A stretch of DNA of 58,612 bases from a virus (IMGVR_UViG_3300027833_000058:1-58612); one strand, 5' to 3'. Numbered from the stretch's first letter, positions 38,690 to 47,365 are shown. Program-made: numbers and translations. The notes: generated by a model from the letters alone, not told the origin.

Positions 38690-38867
38690 AATAAACGGTT
38701 CTATTCCCGTTCTAAAACAATTGAATAGATGGTGCCCAGGAGACCTAAGCAGGTCAGGAAACTGCTTATAAATATATTTAAGGATGATGTTCTACGTATC
38801 AAGTGGTACGTACCATAGTAGTGGAAAGGAACCCACAGCCGGAAATACTATAAATGAGGGATTTAAT

Positions 38868-39074
38868 ATGCATAAGCTATTTGCATTAATGACCGTAGTT
38901 TTATTAGTTGGTTGTAATACCGTAGATTCTGTCATTGGCGGAACTAAAAGTATTGTTGGTGGAGTTGCTTCAGATGTTGTTGGAGTTACTGCGGGCACTT
39001 TAGATGTTGTATCTGGTACAATCAAAATTGCTGCTGATAAGACTGGTGTTGAAACTAAAAACACTGCCGAGTAA
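38868..39074 (+). CDS. Small lipoprotein, entericidin-like
   Basis: Lipobox LVGC followed by NTV; GAGG RBS; late promoter at 38767-38774. Confidence 0.65.
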   Translation: MHKLFALMTVVLLVGCNTVDSVIGGTKSIVGGVASDVVGVTAGTLDVVSGTIKIAADKTGVETKNTAE

Positions 39075-39103
39075 AGTTTTAGGAGCTAGCTTGCCACGGA
39101 TGG

Positions 39104-39682
39104 CTACTCTTTACTTTCTCTAATTATCTGTCTGATATTTGCATTTATTATAAACTTTTCTGTTACTCTTCTAATGCTTAATACAGAACTTGCAGGAAAA
39201 GCTTTTAAATTTACTGCATTGTTTTGATTACCACCAAGGATGTTATACATCTTAGTTCCATTAGCAGATATACTTGTGCTTGAATAGAACCCAACATGTC
39301 CTTGCCATTCTGAATTTCCTCTTGGTAAAACTACAATGTCACCTTGTTGTGGCTCAGTTACTTCTTCACCATATTTTAAAAAACTTCTGGCTAAAAGATA
39401 ATTGCTTGATACTGATTCTGATGTCGGTAAACGTTCTTCTAATAAAACCATATTAACAAACGCAGCACACCACTCAGTTGTTACAGGATCTACTCCCATA
39501 ATTTGTTTAATAAGCTCTCTATCACGAGCTTCATTTAAACCGTAATAGTAATACGCTTTGTGTGTTAAAGTTGTTTTAAGAGGAACCATTCGTTCTTTTG
39601 GATTTATCTGTTCTATTGCAGAACATCCCAATAGTAGAACGAACATCACAGAAAAAATAATATATTTCATAAGGCCTATCAT
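39104..39682 (-). CDS. TIGR02594-family NlpC/P60/CHAP-like peptidase, lipoprotein
   Basis: LLGC lipobox; WCAAFVN, ARS, GHVGF, LGGNQ; late promoter at 39702-39709. Confidence 0.85.
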   Translation of the reverse strand: MIGLMKYIIFSVMFVLLLGCSAIEQINPKERMVPLKTTLTHKAYYYYGLNEARDRELIKQIMGVDPVTTEWCAAFVNMVLLEERLPTSESVSSNYLLARSFLKYGEEVTEPQQGDIVVLPRGNSEWQGHVGFYSSTSISANGTKMYNILGGNQNNAVNLKAFPASSVLSIRRVTEKFIINANIRQIIRESKE

Positions 39683-39766
39683 TATTATTAATTTTACCTT
39701 TTATTTATATGTTGACATTACGCTAAATACATGTTATAATATAAACTAATATTACAGGAGATTACA

Positions 39767-40651
39767 ATGGCAAAAGTTCTAGTAACGGGTGCAACAGGCT
39801 ACATCGGCAGTCACGTTTGCAAACTCTTAAAATTAAATATGCACGAAGTAGAAGCTTGGGATACTAACATCCACGGCGAATATAATGAGATATCAGAATA
39901 TGTAGATCGATTTGAGAAAATTGATATTACTAATATTCCATATGCTTATGCTCACTTTGATGCAGTAGTTCATCTAGCAGGTCGTAGTGTTGTACCACAG
40001 AGTCTAAAAGAACCAACAGAATACTATAGAGTTAATGCTATGGGTACTTCACATATTCTTGATAAGGTAGCAACACCAAATTTCATTTTCGCTTCTACAT
40101 CTAGTGCTTGGGAAATGGCTTCGCCATATGCAAAAAGTAAAGTAGCAGCAGAAGATATTATTAAGGAAAAAGCAGATGGGCACACTATTTTTAGGTTTTT
40201 TAATGTATCTGGTACTGACGGTACTAATAGGCAACTTGGCCCTCCCAGTCATCTTATCCGTGTTGCTGCTATGGCTAGTCTTGACAAATCTCCCTCAATT
40301 AATATCTTTGGCAATGACTATACTACTCGCGATGGTACTTGCGTCCGGGATTACATTCATGTTCTCGATCTTGCTACTGCTATAGTACAAGCTGTAGAGA
40401 ATGGTCCACGTAACACAGATTACGAATGTCTTGGTAGTTACCAAGGTTTCACTGTTCTAGAGGTTCTAGATATGATGGAGAAAGTAACTGGTGTTAAGTT
40501 GGAAAGAAATATTTCTGGCAGAAGAGAAGGTGATGCTGTATCTTCTGTAGTTGACGAGTTATCAGAGTATGCAGTACTTACTAAAACTCTAGAAGATATG
40601 TGCAGAGATCAATTTAATTTAGAAAAAGGGTTGACAAACACCCAGAACTAA
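39767..40651 (+). CDS. galE: UDP-glucose 4-epimerase-like NAD-dependent epimerase
   Basis: GATGYIG, SPYAKSK, RFFNV, DGTCVRDYIHV. Confidence 0.9.
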   Translation: MAKVLVTGATGYIGSHVCKLLKLNMHEVEAWDTNIHGEYNEISEYVDRFEKIDITNIPYAYAHFDAVVHLAGRSVVPQSLKEPTEYYRVNAMGTSHILDKVATPNFIFASTSSAWEMASPYAKSKVAAEDIIKEKADGHTIFRFFNVSGTDGTNRQLGPPSHLIRVAAMASLDKSPSINIFGNDYTTRDGTCVRDYIHVLDLATAIVQAVENGPRNTDYECLGSYQGFTVLEVLDMMEKVTGVKLERNISGRREGDAVSSVVDELSEYAVLTKTLEDMCRDQFNLEKGLTNTQN

Positions 40652-40659
40652 GTTATAAT
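40631..40659 (+). promoter_or_regulatory. Consensus sigma70 promoter TTGACA-17-TATAAT
   Basis: Perfect hexamers. Confidence 0.8.
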
Positions 40660-40665
40660 GGCTAT

Positions 40666-40763
40666 ATTAAGTTAATGGTATGGAACGAGACGGCGAGAAG
40701 TTATGTAAGTGGTTTTCCCCAGCAACTTTTAGGACCCACGATGTATACCGCCATTAACTTAAT
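40666..40763 (+). ncRNA. Candidate rod-shaped small RNA
   Basis: 13-bp terminal inverted repeat ATTAAGTTAATGG/CCATTAACTTAAT beginning at the predicted start site. Confidence 0.55.
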
Positions 40764-40775
40764 TTTAATTATATT

Positions 40776-41000
40776 ATGAGTACAAAGATTATGAAGTGGT
40801 TAGCTACAGCATTATTCTTAACAGCAGGCACCCTACTATCTCTCAACATTGAGATATCCCGTTTTGGTTTTTTGTTGTTCTTATCCGGACACGTCTTATT
40901 AAGTTATTACTTTTATAAGCAGAAGGATTGGGCAATGACTACTCAAAACGGGTTTTTTCTGTTCATTGATGGTCTAGGAATTTACCGATGGTTTTTCTAA
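40776..41000 (+). CDS. Small membrane protein (about 3 TM)
   Basis: Hydrophobic; ends GIYRW. Confidence 0.65.
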   Translation: MSTKIMKWLATALFLTAGTLLSLNIEISRFGFLLFLSGHVLLSYYFYKQKDWAMTTQNGFFLFIDGLGIYRWFF

Positions 41001-41012
41001 GAGGAAAGGATT

Positions 41013-41153
41013 ATGGCAGTTAAATTTGCATCTACTGTAAATATAGTAAAGAACAACAAGAAAACTTCACAAGGCGATAAGAATGTAAAGATGGCTTCAA
41101 TGAATAAGTCAAAGAAACGTTCTTTTAAGAAGTATAGAGGGCAGGGAAAGTAA
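41013..41153 (+). CDS. Small basic protein (46 aa) ending KKYRGQGK
   Basis: Manual translation; AAGGA RBS; C-terminal motif common in marine phages. Confidence 0.7.
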   Translation: MAVKFASTVNIVKNNKKTSQGDKNVKMASMNKSKKRSFKKYRGQGK

Positions 41154-41263
41154 GTAGGAAAATGGTCGGCGCTTTAGGAGTTAAGGGTAGCGAATCCTAA
41201 CTCCAAGGTGGCCGACCCACCTACGCCTAGCTCATCGGCCCAAAACGGCTAACGGTCCTAGGT
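41154..41263. ncRNA. Candidate GC-rich structured RNA
   Basis: Stems GTAGG/CCTAC, GGTCGGC/GCCGACC, GGAGTTA/TAACTCC, GCCTAG/CTAGGT. Confidence 0.45.
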
Positions 41264-41267
41264 GATT

Positions 41268-41426
41268 CTACGCTTCAGGCTTCCATATAGTCCAAGCACC
41301 GTAAGCAATCATAACGTAAGCTACTAAAGCAACAGGTGCTAGTAACATCATTACTCCACCACCAATAAGCATTGCTCCATCAGCGGATGTTCTTTCTTTT
41401 AGTCTGTTTTTAATAAAATTTATCAT
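41268..41426 (-). CDS. Small membrane protein (52 aa), holin-like
   Basis: Manual translation MINFIKNRLKERTSADGAMLIGGG...YGAWTIWKPEA; AGGAG RBS. Confidence 0.6.
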   Translation of the reverse strand: MINFIKNRLKERTSADGAMLIGGGVMMLLAPVALVAYVMIAYGAWTIWKPEA

Positions 41427-41428
41427 GT

Positions 41429-41764
41429 CTATGTCTCCTTTTTTTGACGAATTATTTTAGCCTTTTTTCCATTCTCTAACGACTTAATTCTCAATTCAAG
41501 TACATTGATATCTGACACAAGACCGTCGATTTTTTTAGTTACTTTAGGATAACGCTTGCGCCACGCTTCTGGGTCGTCTTGTAACCAAGTCCAACCCCAC
41601 CGAACAGCGAGATAATCTAAACAGTTGTCAAATTTCCCCATTGCCCATAATGCCATATTTGTATTTCGAAACCATGCTAGAAATGCTGCACCAAGAATAG
41701 ATCCGGCGATTGCGGTATAAATCCACAGTGTATCTCCGAACATTGCATTAAGTGTATCAATCAT
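41429..41764 (-). CDS. Membrane-anchored hypothetical protein
   Basis: N-terminal TM segment; operonic. Confidence 0.65.
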   Translation of the reverse strand: MIDTLNAMFGDTLWIYTAIAGSILGAAFLAWFRNTNMALWAMGKFDNCLDYLAVRWGWTWLQDDPEAWRKRYPKVTKKIDGLVSDINVLELRIKSLENGKKAKIIRQKKET

Positions 41765-42464
41765 TTAGTTTCTCCGTATGCTTAACATAGTTTTGCATTC
41801 CGTGATCTTCAGCGCCGTCGAGAATACCAGATCTCCAACCACGCCATTTATCTTTTATCATCTGCCAAGTAGTAAGCTTTCTAATATTACCATAGAAGTT
41901 AATATATTGTTGATCACCGTGATGCTTATATCCCATTATGAATAACGGAACTTTTGTCACTAGATCATTATTATTAACGAATCTTTTATGTGGTGTAGAA
42001 ATAGCTTTAACAAACTTTCGTGTGCCAACTCTTGGAGATCCGAATGTTGTTAGTGATTCTACTTCGGTATATTCTTCCATACGTGAAGTACATATAGTTG
42101 CCATTGCAGCACCTAAAGAATGTCCTGTAATATGTAAGGTTTTCTTTTCATGTGTTAATTGATGCTTTGATATAACGCTCCACAGCTTATCACATTCATT
42201 TCTAAATCCTGAATGAACTAAACCGTGAGTCATTGCTCCACGAGGAATTGCATTTAAATCTGCTAATAAGTCAGATAACTCTGAAGGCTCGGTACCTCTA
42301 AAAGCTAATACATATTCTGTTTTATTCCAAAATGCATGGCACTGAGCACCGTCATCTTCGAAAAATTTATGTCCTGTGTAACCTAATTTCTTTTTGAATG
42401 CTTTGGCTTCCTTGCTATCGAGATACGCAATCTCTGCAAGTTGAGCCATTTTATTACTCCACAT
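41757..42464 (-). CDS. Class 3 lipase
   Basis: AFRGT, VHSGF, GHSLG, TFGSPRVG, D.V..VP. Confidence 0.9.
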   Translation of the reverse strand: MWSNKMAQLAEIAYLDSKEAKAFKKKLGYTGHKFFEDDGAQCHAFWNKTEYVLAFRGTEPSELSDLLADLNAIPRGAMTHGLVHSGFRNECDKLWSVISKHQLTHEKKTLHITGHSLGAAMATICTSRMEEYTEVESLTTFGSPRVGTRKFVKAISTPHKRFVNNNDLVTKVPLFIMGYKHHGDQQYINFYGNIRKLTTWQMIKDKWRGWRSGILDGAEDHGMQNYVKHTEKLND

Positions 42465-42478
42465 TTTAACTTCTCCGT

Positions 42479-42625
42479 TTAGGGTATTATATCATATTTA
42501 TTAGGATTCATTGTCTGGTCCATATTAGGTCCGACCTCTTCCCAATACTGTTCACTTCTTTCTGCTGCTATTTGCATGGATATAAGAAGTATCAAAATTC
42601 CAGCCGCCCATATTAACTTACTCAT
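42479..42625 (-). CDS. Small exported or membrane peptide (48 aa)
   Basis: Manual translation MSKLIWAAGILILLISMQIAAE... Confidence 0.5.
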   Translation of the reverse strand: MSKLIWAAGILILLISMQIAAERSEQYWEEVGPNMDQTMNPNKYDIIP

Positions 42626-43007
42626 ATCTATTATCCCAAGGGGCGTTTTCGTTACATCCTGCTGGCAAATGATCTTTATACCAAACGGAAGCTGTCATTC
42701 CACTGGCATTAACAGATATTGTACTTTTTTCAAATGGCATTTCTCTAGGTTTACCCCAGCACCGGTTCATGCTTTGTCCAGGATACAAATATCTTGGATT
42801 GGCCTTTATAAAGCTTTGATATTCTATAAGCTTTTTATTATTGTCAACATCTTTCCAGTCGAAATAACAAGACGCAGCAGCGTTATAATCCCCAGCATTT
42901 TCTAAATTACATTGTCCTATTACTTTGTTATTTTCCGACTGTACGTTTGCGCTAGTAGCAGTCGCTATAAACAGTGGCAAAGCAATTATTCTAATTAGTT
43001 TTCTCAT
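42618..43007 (-). CDS. Exported Cys-containing protein, probable start MRKLIRII
   Basis: Signal peptide at the internal ATG; two Cys pairs. Confidence 0.6.
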   Translation of the reverse strand: MRKLIRIIALPLFIATATSANVQSENNKVIGQCNLENAGDYNAAASCYFDWKDVDNNKKLIEYQSFIKANPRYLYPGQSMNRCWGKPREMPFEKSTISVNASGMTASVWYKDHLPAGCNENAPWDNRYE

Positions 43008-43119
43008 CGTCTTTACACTCACACTTTGTACATACATCATTAACACATTTAGAACAGTCTGTAGCATAGCAGTGACATCGGTGGCCACAACTTTTACAAT
43101 ATCTTTCTGTTCCTTGCAA
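42991..43119 (-). CDS. Metallothionein-like Cys-rich peptide (42 aa, TTG start)
   Basis: MQGTERYCKSCGHRCHCYATDCSKCVNDVCTKCECKDDEKTN; 9 Cys, 2 His; AAAGGT RBS. Confidence 0.7.
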   Translation of the reverse strand: MQGTERYCKSCGHRCHCYATDCSKCVNDVCTKCECKDDEKTN

Positions 43120-43130
43120 TAAATCTACCT

Positions 43131-43772
43131 TTAATTTGCTAAAGGATTGTCGAGAGCACGCTGCAATGTTTTATTTAGAGCAGCATCTAGTTCATCCATT
43201 TTACGTTGTAAAGAAGATCGTAACGCTTCGTTGTCTCGCTCAACCTTGCTTTCTAAATCGGTCATGCGCGAATTATTAGAGTCTCTTAAAGCGTTAGCCT
43301 TTGTGTCATAATCATTTTGCAATGCATCTCTTTTGTTTTCAAAACGTTCTTCAGCATTTTGAATTACTGCACGATTATCTTCTTCTTGTTCTCTAACTTT
43401 ATCATCCATACGATCTACTTGTTTTTCAATTCCAAGTATATCATCTCGTAAACCTGACTTAATATCCCGTGTATATTCTATAGCTTCGTCGATTCTTAAC
43501 ATAGCATCATTAAGTTTAACAATAACTTTGTCGTTTTCTACTTGTATAGCTTCTACATCTATGTTTTGTACAATCTCTTTCATTGCCATATAATCATCAT
43601 ATACTTTAAATGATCCATATAAACCACCGAGGATTGTACTGATCAAGGCAAACAACATACCGATTGTCGTTGGCGTCATAGTGATACCAAAGATTTTCAT
43701 CTTTGTATTCTTTAAATTCTCTATTTCTGCTTCGAAGTTTTCTATGCCTTCGCCTAAATCTTTTTTTGCCAT
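43131..43772 (-). CDS. Membrane-anchored coiled-coil protein
   Basis: Single TM then long heptad region ending LDNPLAN. Confidence 0.7.
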   Translation of the reverse strand: MAKKDLGEGIENFEAEIENLKNTKMKIFGITMTPTTIGMLFALISTILGGLYGSFKVYDDYMAMKEIVQNIDVEAIQVENDKVIVKLNDAMLRIDEAIEYTRDIKSGLRDDILGIEKQVDRMDDKVREQEEDNRAVIQNAEERFENKRDALQNDYDTKANALRDSNNSRMTDLESKVERDNEALRSSLQRKMDELDAALNKTLQRALDNPLAN

Positions 43773-43784
43773 CTGATTATCCTG

Positions 43785-44219
43785 TTAGTTTTCAAACTCT
43801 GCGCTTGTACCTGAGGCATTCAAACGTTTTAAAGCTTCCAGTTCTTGTTGTAGTTTAAGAACTTCTAAACGTTTCTTTCTCAACTCTAATTGGTATAGCG
43901 AATTACAATTAATTCTTTCTTTTGGTTTATCGAGTGGTATAGTAATCCTCGCATAAACACCTATATCTTTTTCTGTATTACCAAAGGGGTCTGAATTATT
44001 TCCTCCAAACGGCGATTGATAATTATCAATAACTCCTGTCACACCAAATTCTAGATTAGTCGCGCCACCAATAGAGTTTTTACAATCTAAGTCTCCTGCA
44101 CGAATACTGTCTTGGCCATATGTACCGCTCATTCCTGGTAATGATATACCTACGCCACTACTTTGGGCATAAGATATACTAGGCACAGAAAGTAAAAGTA
44201 CTAATATCAACTTTTTCAT
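43785..44219 (-). CDS. Exported protein with amphipathic beta-hairpin and C-terminal coiled coil
   Basis: Signal peptide; C...LEFGVTG...GVYARITIPL...C. Confidence 0.65.
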   Translation of the reverse strand: MKKLILVLLLSVPSISYAQSSGVGISLPGMSGTYGQDSIRAGDLDCKNSIGGATNLEFGVTGVIDNYQSPFGGNNSDPFGNTEKDIGVYARITIPLDKPKERINCNSLYQLELRKKRLEVLKLQQELEALKRLNASGTSAEFEN

Positions 44220-44231
44220 TTTATAACCTTT

Positions 44232-44624
44232 TTATTTTACACGCGAACAGATTCTTGACTTTATTGCTGTTCTCGTAATTTCTTTTTTCCTTAATTTGGA
44301 CATTGAGCAAATATAAGTTATTCTTTTCTTATCTTCGTTTCTTATATAGATCTCAACTGATACTGTGCTTAAATACGGTATTTTATAAATTTTGTAATTA
44401 GACACAAATGGAATAGGTTTCCAGTCCTTGGTAAACACTCCTAATTCGTAATATTCTACTTCTGCTCGTTTATTAAAAATTGTCATAGTAGTCTTCTGTA
44501 ACCCATCAATATGTGATATTGAAAGCTCCGGATAAGTTGGAACCATCTCGTGCGAGTAGGCTACAGAAGATATTGTTAATACCATAGCAGCTATAATGTA
44601 TTTCATTTTAGTCATAAATCTCAA
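44232..44624 (-). CDS. Exported beta-rich protein, possibly pilus-chaperone/Ig-like
   Basis: Signal peptide; P..P.L, T.TIFN, alternating strands, Cys pair. Confidence 0.55.
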   Translation of the reverse strand: MRFMTKMKYIIAAMVLTISSVAYSHEMVPTYPELSISHIDGLQKTTMTIFNKRAEVEYYELGVFTKDWKPIPFVSNYKIYKIPYLSTVSVEIYIRNEDKKRITYICSMSKLRKKEITRTAIKSRICSRVK

Positions 44625-44632
44625 TCTTTTAA

Positions 44633-45157
44633 TTATTTAGCTATGCAATCAGCCTGTACTAATGCTGTATAGTTACCACCTGGGAATGCTTTGTTGCCGC
44701 CCATAGTAGCTACTGAACTTGTTTGGAACCAAGTTGAACCAGTTGCTGTTAGGTCATAACGATCCATCATACCTAATTCTATTTTACTTGATTCATAAGC
44801 ACCCATTGTTGTAGCATCTGATACAGTTTTTACAGTTGTATCTCCAGTCCACGTTACTTGATCTGGCAATGTTGGTGATGTGCTAAATTCTTGCGGTCCA
44901 GTAATCTCTGCATAGTATGAATCAGCCAAAGTAACATCAATACGAATTACTGACTGCTCACCACCATCTGAAGATGATGTTGTAAGTGTGTAAGCATTCG
45001 GGTTACCAAAAGTACCTGACGTATCTGTTTGAATAATGCAACGAGATTGTACTGTACCGTTGATTGGTGTTTCATCTGCTTGTGCTATTCCAGCGGGTGC
45101 GGCTAATAAAAACCCCATAAATGCAGTCGCTGTAATCATATTTTTATTGTTAAACAT
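44633..45157 (-). CDS. Exported fimbrial/Csu (SCPU)-like subunit
   Basis: Signal peptide ending AQA; I.GTV...C.I N-terminus; PGG.Y.A.V...C C-terminus; Thr/Ser-rich. Confidence 0.55.
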   Translation of the reverse strand: MFNNKNMITATAFMGFLLAAPAGIAQADETPINGTVQSRCIIQTDTSGTFGNPNAYTLTTSSSDGGEQSVIRIDVTLADSYYAEITGPQEFSTSPTLPDQVTWTGDTTVKTVSDATTMGAYESSKIELGMMDRYDLTATGSTWFQTSSVATMGGNKAFPGGNYTALVQADCIAK

Positions 45158-45172
45158 ATTAGTGTCTCCTAA

Positions 45173-46090
45173 TTATTTTGTAGTTAAATTGTATTGCATG
45201 TCAACCATTTGTTTGTGTAGCAATTGTTGCGCTAATCCATTACGTAAACCACTTTTTCCATCAGGTATATCACCACCAGCCATTACTACCGTTTCATTGT
45301 ATTCACCACCTGGTATATTTACAGGAAAGTAATTACTTATAATAGCAGCTTGTGCAGTACTGTTCATTCTATTTATCGTTTGGTTTTCAGCAAATAGTGC
45401 TGCAGTATCTCCAACCGACATTGCTTTTTCTAAGCGGTATTTTCTATCTTCTTCTTCTTGCGCTTCTAACTCTGCAAGTTCTTCATCTGTTAAACCATCT
45501 TGCTCATTATATTCATCATTAGGATCCCATTCAGCTTGACTTGAATCCCCTTCTTCAACAGCATCATAAATCTTATAATCTATATCCGGTATAACTGGAA
45601 CCGGAGTCTTATAGTTAGGACAATTAGAGTCGAACTGTGGATCGAAACAAGGTGTTACTTTATATGTGTATACAACACTTGCTTCATCAACTGATCCATT
45701 ACCGTCAACTTGTATGCTTCCGTCGCCCCATAAGGCACGTGGAATATTTCCTACTGGTATTGCTCTTTGAATTCTAGTTCCACCTAATGATCCAGGTTTC
45801 CAGTCATCACGTGATCTGAAAACATAACCTTCTCCATTAGCTAATTCATTTTGAACATATACTGTAACCCACTCACCTGTTTCTTTTTGAATACGATAAC
45901 CGTATATTACGTTCTGTATATCCAATCCTGGATTATCAGGCAGAATGTTACCCATTGTCCATTTCAATGCTTGGTCGGCAACTGCATTGCCAGTGTAGCC
46001 GTAATATGGCGTTATGCTTTTACTTTCCTCAGAGGAAGAGTAAGAAGGCCAAAATCCCAGCGCCAATAGCAGGAGCAGCTTTTTCTGCAT
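45173..46090 (-). CDS. Exported hypothetical protein
   Basis: Signal peptide; beta-rich domain; CFDPQFDSNCP; acidic linker; AQQLLH..MV..QY end. Confidence 0.65.
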   Translation of the reverse strand: MQKKLLLLLALGFWPSYSSSEESKSITPYYGYTGNAVADQALKWTMGNILPDNPGLDIQNVIYGYRIQKETGEWVTVYVQNELANGEGYVFRSRDDWKPGSLGGTRIQRAIPVGNIPRALWGDGSIQVDGNGSVDEASVVYTYKVTPCFDPQFDSNCPNYKTPVPVIPDIDYKIYDAVEEGDSSQAEWDPNDEYNEQDGLTDEELAELEAQEEEDRKYRLEKAMSVGDTAALFAENQTINRMNSTAQAAIISNYFPVNIPGGEYNETVVMAGGDIPDGKSGLRNGLAQQLLHKQMVDMQYNLTTK

Positions 46091-46601
46091 CTATAGGTCC
46101 CATTCCTTTTAATTCTTTTTCAGTAGTCTCAACATGTGATTCCCAGCCAAGTTTAGCAGCCTCACCAATTTGCCCATCGTACGGACACGGAGTGCCTGCT
46201 TGCATCATAGCATCGAATACGCCTCTATCTTGGCACATCACAGATACTGCTGCAACTTTCATTCCCATATCGTATAATACTTTTGCGTTCTTTAGTCGTT
46301 GGCAGTTTTCCTCGGTGAATGTACCACCCCCGGAAATACCAAGAATTTGTGTTTGCACAGCAGCAGATACTCCGATCGTACAAAGATCGCTGTTGTTTCC
46401 TGAATTAAATTGTGGTGCAATCGCGCTTGGCGGTGTTTGTTTGATAGTCGTTGTCATACTACCAGACGAAGTAACATTGCTGTCAGTTCCTGAATACGTA
46501 CAAACATAACCTTCTGGACAGTCAATAGTTTCTTGAGCAAGTCCAACATTAGCGAATATCAATAACATCCCGGCGATCGCAGCCATTAGTGTATATCTCA
46601 T
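46029..46601 (-). CDS. Exported Cys-rich protein with beta-hairpin and hydrophobic C-terminus
   Basis: Signal peptide; PPSAIAP, C..GVS.AVQTQILGISGG.....NC.RLK, AAVSVMCQD, GTPCP. Confidence 0.7.
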   Translation of the reverse strand: MRYTLMAAIAGMLLIFANVGLAQETIDCPEGYVCTYSGTDSNVTSSGSMTTTIKQTPPSAIAPQFNSGNNSDLCTIGVSAAVQTQILGISGGGTFTEENCQRLKNAKVLYDMGMKVAAVSVMCQDRGVFDAMMQAGTPCPYDGQIGEAAKLGWESHVETTEKELKGMGPIDAEKAAPAIGAGILAFLLFL

Positions 46602-46652
46602 TTCATTCTTCTCCAGTATACTTCATCATTTTACATTACTACTTACAGTTAT

Positions 46653-46660
46653 TATTTATA
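46653..46660 (-). promoter_or_regulatory. Late promoter TATAAATA heading the exported-protein operon
   Basis: Exact motif about 50 nt upstream of the first ATG. Confidence 0.7.
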
Positions 46661-46738
46661 AACAAAAAGTATTGGTAATAATAAATAAGTTAATTATACA
46701 TATACGTGTAATTAAACAATCACTCAAGGATTATTAAA

Positions 46739-47251
46739 ATGAACACTAACGAATATGACGTCAAAGTACTTAAGGTAGTTGATGGAGATACAATAGACGT
46801 AGATATCGATCTTGGATTCGGTATTACATTAACAGATGAACGAGTAAGAATTATGGGTATTGATACTCCTGAATCTCGTACATCTGATAGAGTAGAAGAT
46901 CTGTTTGGAGAAGCGGCTAAGCTTAGATTAAAGCAGCTTATGAAGAACGGCGGCAAGCTTATCACCACTGAAGACAGAAAAGGTGAGGATATGAAAGGCA
47001 AATTTGGTCGTGTTCTTGGCGATTTCAAGGTAGAGTATAACGGTGAAATGAAAAAAGTAACTGAAATAATGGCTGAAGAAGGCCACTGCGTACCATACTT
47101 TGGCGGATCTAAAGAAGAAACCCAAGCTGCTCATATAGTAAACCGAGTAAGATTACTCAAAGAAGGCCTTGTTACTCAGGCTAAATACGACAAAGCTGTC
47201 ATACAGATGGAAAAAAAGGCTGCAAAAGAGGCTAAAAAGGCTGCAAAATAG
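46739..47251 (+). CDS. Thermonuclease (SNase-like)
   Basis: VVDGDTID, RVRIMGIDTPE, GKFGRVLG. Confidence 0.9.
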   Translation: MNTNEYDVKVLKVVDGDTIDVDIDLGFGITLTDERVRIMGIDTPESRTSDRVEDLFGEAAKLRLKQLMKNGGKLITTEDRKGEDMKGKFGRVLGDFKVEYNGEMKKVTEIMAEEGHCVPYFGGSKEETQAAHIVNRVRLLKEGLVTQAKYDKAVIQMEKKAAKEAKKAAK

Positions 47252-47365
47252 TTATAAGAGTGGTCTTCTTTATAACAAAATGATCTAAGAAGTACTCAAA
47301 ATTAGTGTACTTTTGTTCTGAAATGATGTATAATATACCTATATTAAACAATAGAGATATACATT

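Noticed and set aside
43008-43088. N-terminal extension of ORF 42618-43088
   Set aside because: The signal peptide starts at ATG 43007, and the region is better explained by the Cys-rich ORF in another frame
45955-46509. 184-aa + strand ORF and the other short antisense or nested ORFs in the track
   Set aside because: They lie opposite or inside well-supported genes and show no recognisable motifs
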